Origin: Candidatus Accumulibacter adiacens
Lineage (GTDB): Bacteria > Pseudomonadota > Gammaproteobacteria > Burkholderiales > Rhodocyclaceae
Direction of reading: 5' to 3'
Assembly (NCBI GenBank): GCA_000987445.1
Contig: LBIU01000016.1
Coordinates: 1-43,002 of the forward strand
Length of the DNA: 43,002 nt
A program made the position numbers and the translations under genes. Under the pieces are notes generated by a model that did not search any database, had not been told where the DNA came from, and worked only from the letters and a program-made list of their open reading frames with translations. Shown here piece after piece: positions 40,357 to 43,002 of this stretch. Position 1 is the stretch's first letter; each line of letters starts with the position of its first letter.

Positions 40357-41499
40357 ATGGCTTCATCGGCACCGGCGACCCGCCCAGGTCATCCTTGGAA
40401 CGATCCCGCGCTCGAGCCCTACATCCGCATCGAGCGGGTCAGCAAGCGCTTCTCCGGCTTTGTCGCCGTCGATGATGTCTCGCTGAACATCTATCGCAGC
40501 GAGCTGTTTTGCCTGCTCGGTGGCTCGGGTTGCGGCAAGACGACGCTGCTGCGCCTGCTGGCCGGCTTCGAAGAGCCGAGCAGCGGCAAGATCTCTATCG
40601 ATGGTCTGGACATGAGCGGCATCCCACCGTACGAGCGTCCGGTCAACATGATGTTCCAGTCCTACGCCCTGTTCCCGCACATGACCGTCGACCAGAACGT
40701 CGGCTTTGGTCTGAAGATGGAACATCGCTCCCGCTCCGAGATTGCCGACCGCGTCGCCCAGATGCTCAAACTGGTACGCCTTTCCGAGTTTGGCAAGCGC
40801 AAGCCGGAGCAGCTGTCGGGCGGCCAGCGGCAGCGCGTCGCGCTGGCGCGAGCGCTGATCAAGCAGCCCAAACTGCTGTTGCTCGACGAACCCCTGGGCG
40901 CCCTCGACAAGAAACTGCGTGAGCACACCCAGTTCGAGCTGGTGAATCTGCAGGAAGAACTGGGGGTGACCTTCGTGGTCGTCACCCACGACCAGGAAGA
41001 GGCGATGACTCTCTCCTCGCGCATCGGGGTCATGGATCACGGCAAGATAGTGCAGGTGGGCACACCGCAGGAGGTCTACGAATCGCCGGGCAATCGCTTC
41101 GTGGCCGAATTCATCGGCTCGGTGAACCTCTTCGAAGGACAGGTGACCGCCAGCGAGGCCGGTCACCTGCGCATCGTCTGCCCACAGCTCGAACGACCGC
41201 TCGACGTGCTCAGCGGCGACCTTTCGGCCCCCCAAACCAGGCTCTGGGTGGCGATTCGCCCCGAAAAAATCCAGCTCTCCCTGCAAGCACCGCAGGCCGC
41301 AAGCAACTGGACGCGCGGGCTGGTAAAGGAAATCGCCTATCTGGGCGATCTATCGGTACTGCTGATTCGACTCGAATCCGGCCAGACCGTCCGCGTCACC
41401 CGCCCCAACGTCTGGCGTCACGAAGAAGAGCGCATCACCTGGGAACAGGAGGTTTATTTGTACTGGCACGACAGCAGTCCGATGATCGTCCGCGAATGA
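40357..41499 (+). CDS. potG: Putrescine ABC transporter ATP-binding protein
   Basis: GGSGCGKT, FQSYALFPH, LSGGQ, LLLLDEP, TOBE C-terminus. Confidence 0.93.
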   Translation: MASSAPATRPGHPWNDPALEPYIRIERVSKRFSGFVAVDDVSLNIYRSELFCLLGGSGCGKTTLLRLLAGFEEPSSGKISIDGLDMSGIPPYERPVNMMFQSYALFPHMTVDQNVGFGLKMEHRSRSEIADRVAQMLKLVRLSEFGKRKPEQLSGGQRQRVALARALIKQPKLLLLDEPLGALDKKLREHTQFELVNLQEELGVTFVVVTHDQEEAMTLSSRIGVMDHGKIVQVGTPQEVYESPGNRFVAEFIGSVNLFEGQVTASEAGHLRIVCPQLERPLDVLSGDLSAPQTRLWVAIRPEKIQLSLQAPQAASNWTRGLVKEIAYLGDLSVLLIRLESGQTVRVTRPNVWRHEEERITWEQEVYLYWHDSSPMIVRE

Positions 41500-42518
41500 A
41501 ACCGGAACAGCAGTCCGGCCAGGCCGCTACGCCCGCGACAGAAAGATTCGCTGGCAGCCGCCGCGCACTCGATATGATCGGCGAACTGCCACCCTGCCGC
41601 TGGGCACGAGCGCTCCTGATGCGTCGGCGAATCAGTGCGCGCTCCGCCGTCGTTGCCGTCCCCTACCTGTGGCTGTTGTTGTTCTTCGTCGTGCCCTTCG
41701 TGATCGTGCTGAAGATTTCCTTTTCGGAAACGCAGATCGCGATGCCGCCGTATCAGCCCTTGCTGGAATGGGTTGGCGAGCGGCTCACCGATATCCGGCT
41801 GAACGTCAATCCCGGCAATTTCCTGTACCTGATCGAAGACAGCCTGTATCTGCGCGCCTTCGCCAATTCGCTGCAGGTGGCAGCCGTGTCCACCCTGGCG
41901 GCACTGTTGATCGGCTATCCCCTGGCCTACGCCATCGCGCGCAGCGATCGGCGCTGGCGCGGCATCCTGCTGATGCTGGTGATTCTGCCCTTCTGGACGT
42001 CCTTTCTGCTGCGCGTCTATGCCTGGATCGGCCTCCTGAAAAACAACGGCCTGCTCAACAACTTCCTGATCTGGCTGGACATCATCGATCAGCCGATCGT
42101 CATGCTGCAGACCGATTTCGCGACCTATCTGGGCATTGTTTACTGCTACCTGCCGTTCATGGTCATGCCGCTCTATGCCAATCTGGAAAAAATGGATCTC
42201 ACCCTGCTCGAAGCCGCAGAAGACCTCGGTTGCCGCCCGCTGCGCGCCTTTGCCTGCATCACCCTGCCCCTTTCCCTGCCCGGCATCGTTGCCGGCTGCA
42301 TGCTGGTCTTCATCCCCGCCGTCGGCGAGTACGTCATTCCCGCCCTCCTCGGTCCATCGGACTCGCTGATGATCGGCAAGGTACTGTGGACCGAGTTCTT
42401 CAACAACCGCGACTGGCCGGTCGCGAGCGCTGTCGCCATCGTCCTGCTCCTGCTCCTGGTCGCGCCGATCATGTATTTCCAGCGCCTGCAGGGACGCGCA
42501 AGCGGCGCGCGATCATGA
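41496..42518 (+). CDS. potH: Putrescine ABC transporter permease
   Basis: LPFWTSFLLRVYAW, EAA loop, NRDWP. Confidence 0.92.
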   Translation: MKPEQQSGQAATPATERFAGSRRALDMIGELPPCRWARALLMRRRISARSAVVAVPYLWLLLFFVVPFVIVLKISFSETQIAMPPYQPLLEWVGERLTDIRLNVNPGNFLYLIEDSLYLRAFANSLQVAAVSTLAALLIGYPLAYAIARSDRRWRGILLMLVILPFWTSFLLRVYAWIGLLKNNGLLNNFLIWLDIIDQPIVMLQTDFATYLGIVYCYLPFMVMPLYANLEKMDLTLLEAAEDLGCRPLRAFACITLPLSLPGIVAGCMLVFIPAVGEYVIPALLGPSDSLMIGKVLWTEFFNNRDWPVASAVAIVLLLLLVAPIMYFQRLQGRASGARS

Positions 42519-43002
42519 AAGCCAATGCCTCGCCGATCAGGCTGTCGTTCCTGGTGTTCGGCTTTGCCTTCCTGTACATCCCGATCCTGTCGCTGATCTT
42601 CTACTCCTTCAACAGGTCGCGCCTGGTGACCGTTTGGGGAGGATTTTCGACCGAGTGGTACGGCCGGCTGTTCGAAAACGCGCAGATTCTCGATGCCGCG
42701 TGGCTGTCGCTGCAGGTCGCGGCAATGAATGCCACCGGCGCCACCCTGCTGGGCACCCTGGCCGGCCTGGCCCTGGCGCGCTTTGGCCGCTTCCGCGGGC
42801 GCACGCTGTTTACCGGCATGATTACCGCCCCGCTGGTCATGCCCGAAGTGATCACCGGCCTATCGCTACTGCTGTTGTTCGTGGCCACCGAGCATGCTTT
42901 CGGCTGGCCCGAGGGCCGCGGCGTCAGCACCATCACCATCGCCCACATGACGCTGACCCTGTCCTACGTGGCGGTAATCGTGCAATCGCGGCTGTCGTCG
43001 CT
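42515..43002 (+). CDS. potI: Putrescine ABC transporter permease (partial, runs off window)
   Basis: Translated by hand: MKANASP..FAFLYIPILSLIFYSFN.SRLVTVWGGFS..WY, APLVMPEVITG; ATGA overlap with potH. Confidence 0.9.
   Translation, partial: MKANASPIRLSFLVFGFAFLYIPILSLIFYSFNRSRLVTVWGGFSTEWYGRLFENAQILDAAWLSLQVAAMNATGATLLGTLAGLALARFGRFRGRTLFTGMITAPLVMPEVITGLSLLLLFVATEHAFGWPEGRGVSTITIAHMTLTLSYVAVIVQSRLSS

Overview
GC-rich betaproteobacterial chromosome segment (Rhodocyclales-like, possibly Accumulibacter-type; this is inferred from gene order and protein style). About 41 genes. Core blocks: rpsF-priB-rpsR-rplI-dnaB; ndk-rlmN-pilW-rodZ-ispG-hisS-yfgM-bamB-der; accA-tilS; pyk; potFGHI (potI truncated by the window edge). 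A C4-dicarboxylate locus has an orphan dctP, a divergent dctS/dctR pair and a second dctPQM operon. Accessory genes: PAS histidine kinase, TauE/SafE permease, permuted papain-like amidase, BCP, PIN-PhoH, a Tat-exported transglutaminase-like protein, hemerythrin, secreted RCC1 protein, a GCS2 ligase + M14 peptidase pair, an FGE/CLec protein and an LMW-PTP. No tRNA, rRNA, CRISPR array, transposase or integrase was recognised. Most notable: (1) an intact transglutaminase-like protein whose whole Cys-His-Asp triad is replaced by Ser-Gln-Asn, (2) a coupled GCS2 ligase/M14 peptidase pair, (3) a stand-alone CLec gene ending in a DGR variable-region-like segment, (4) a structured 78/79-bp tandem repeat between accA and tilS, (5) a shared palindromic operator upstream of both dctP genes.
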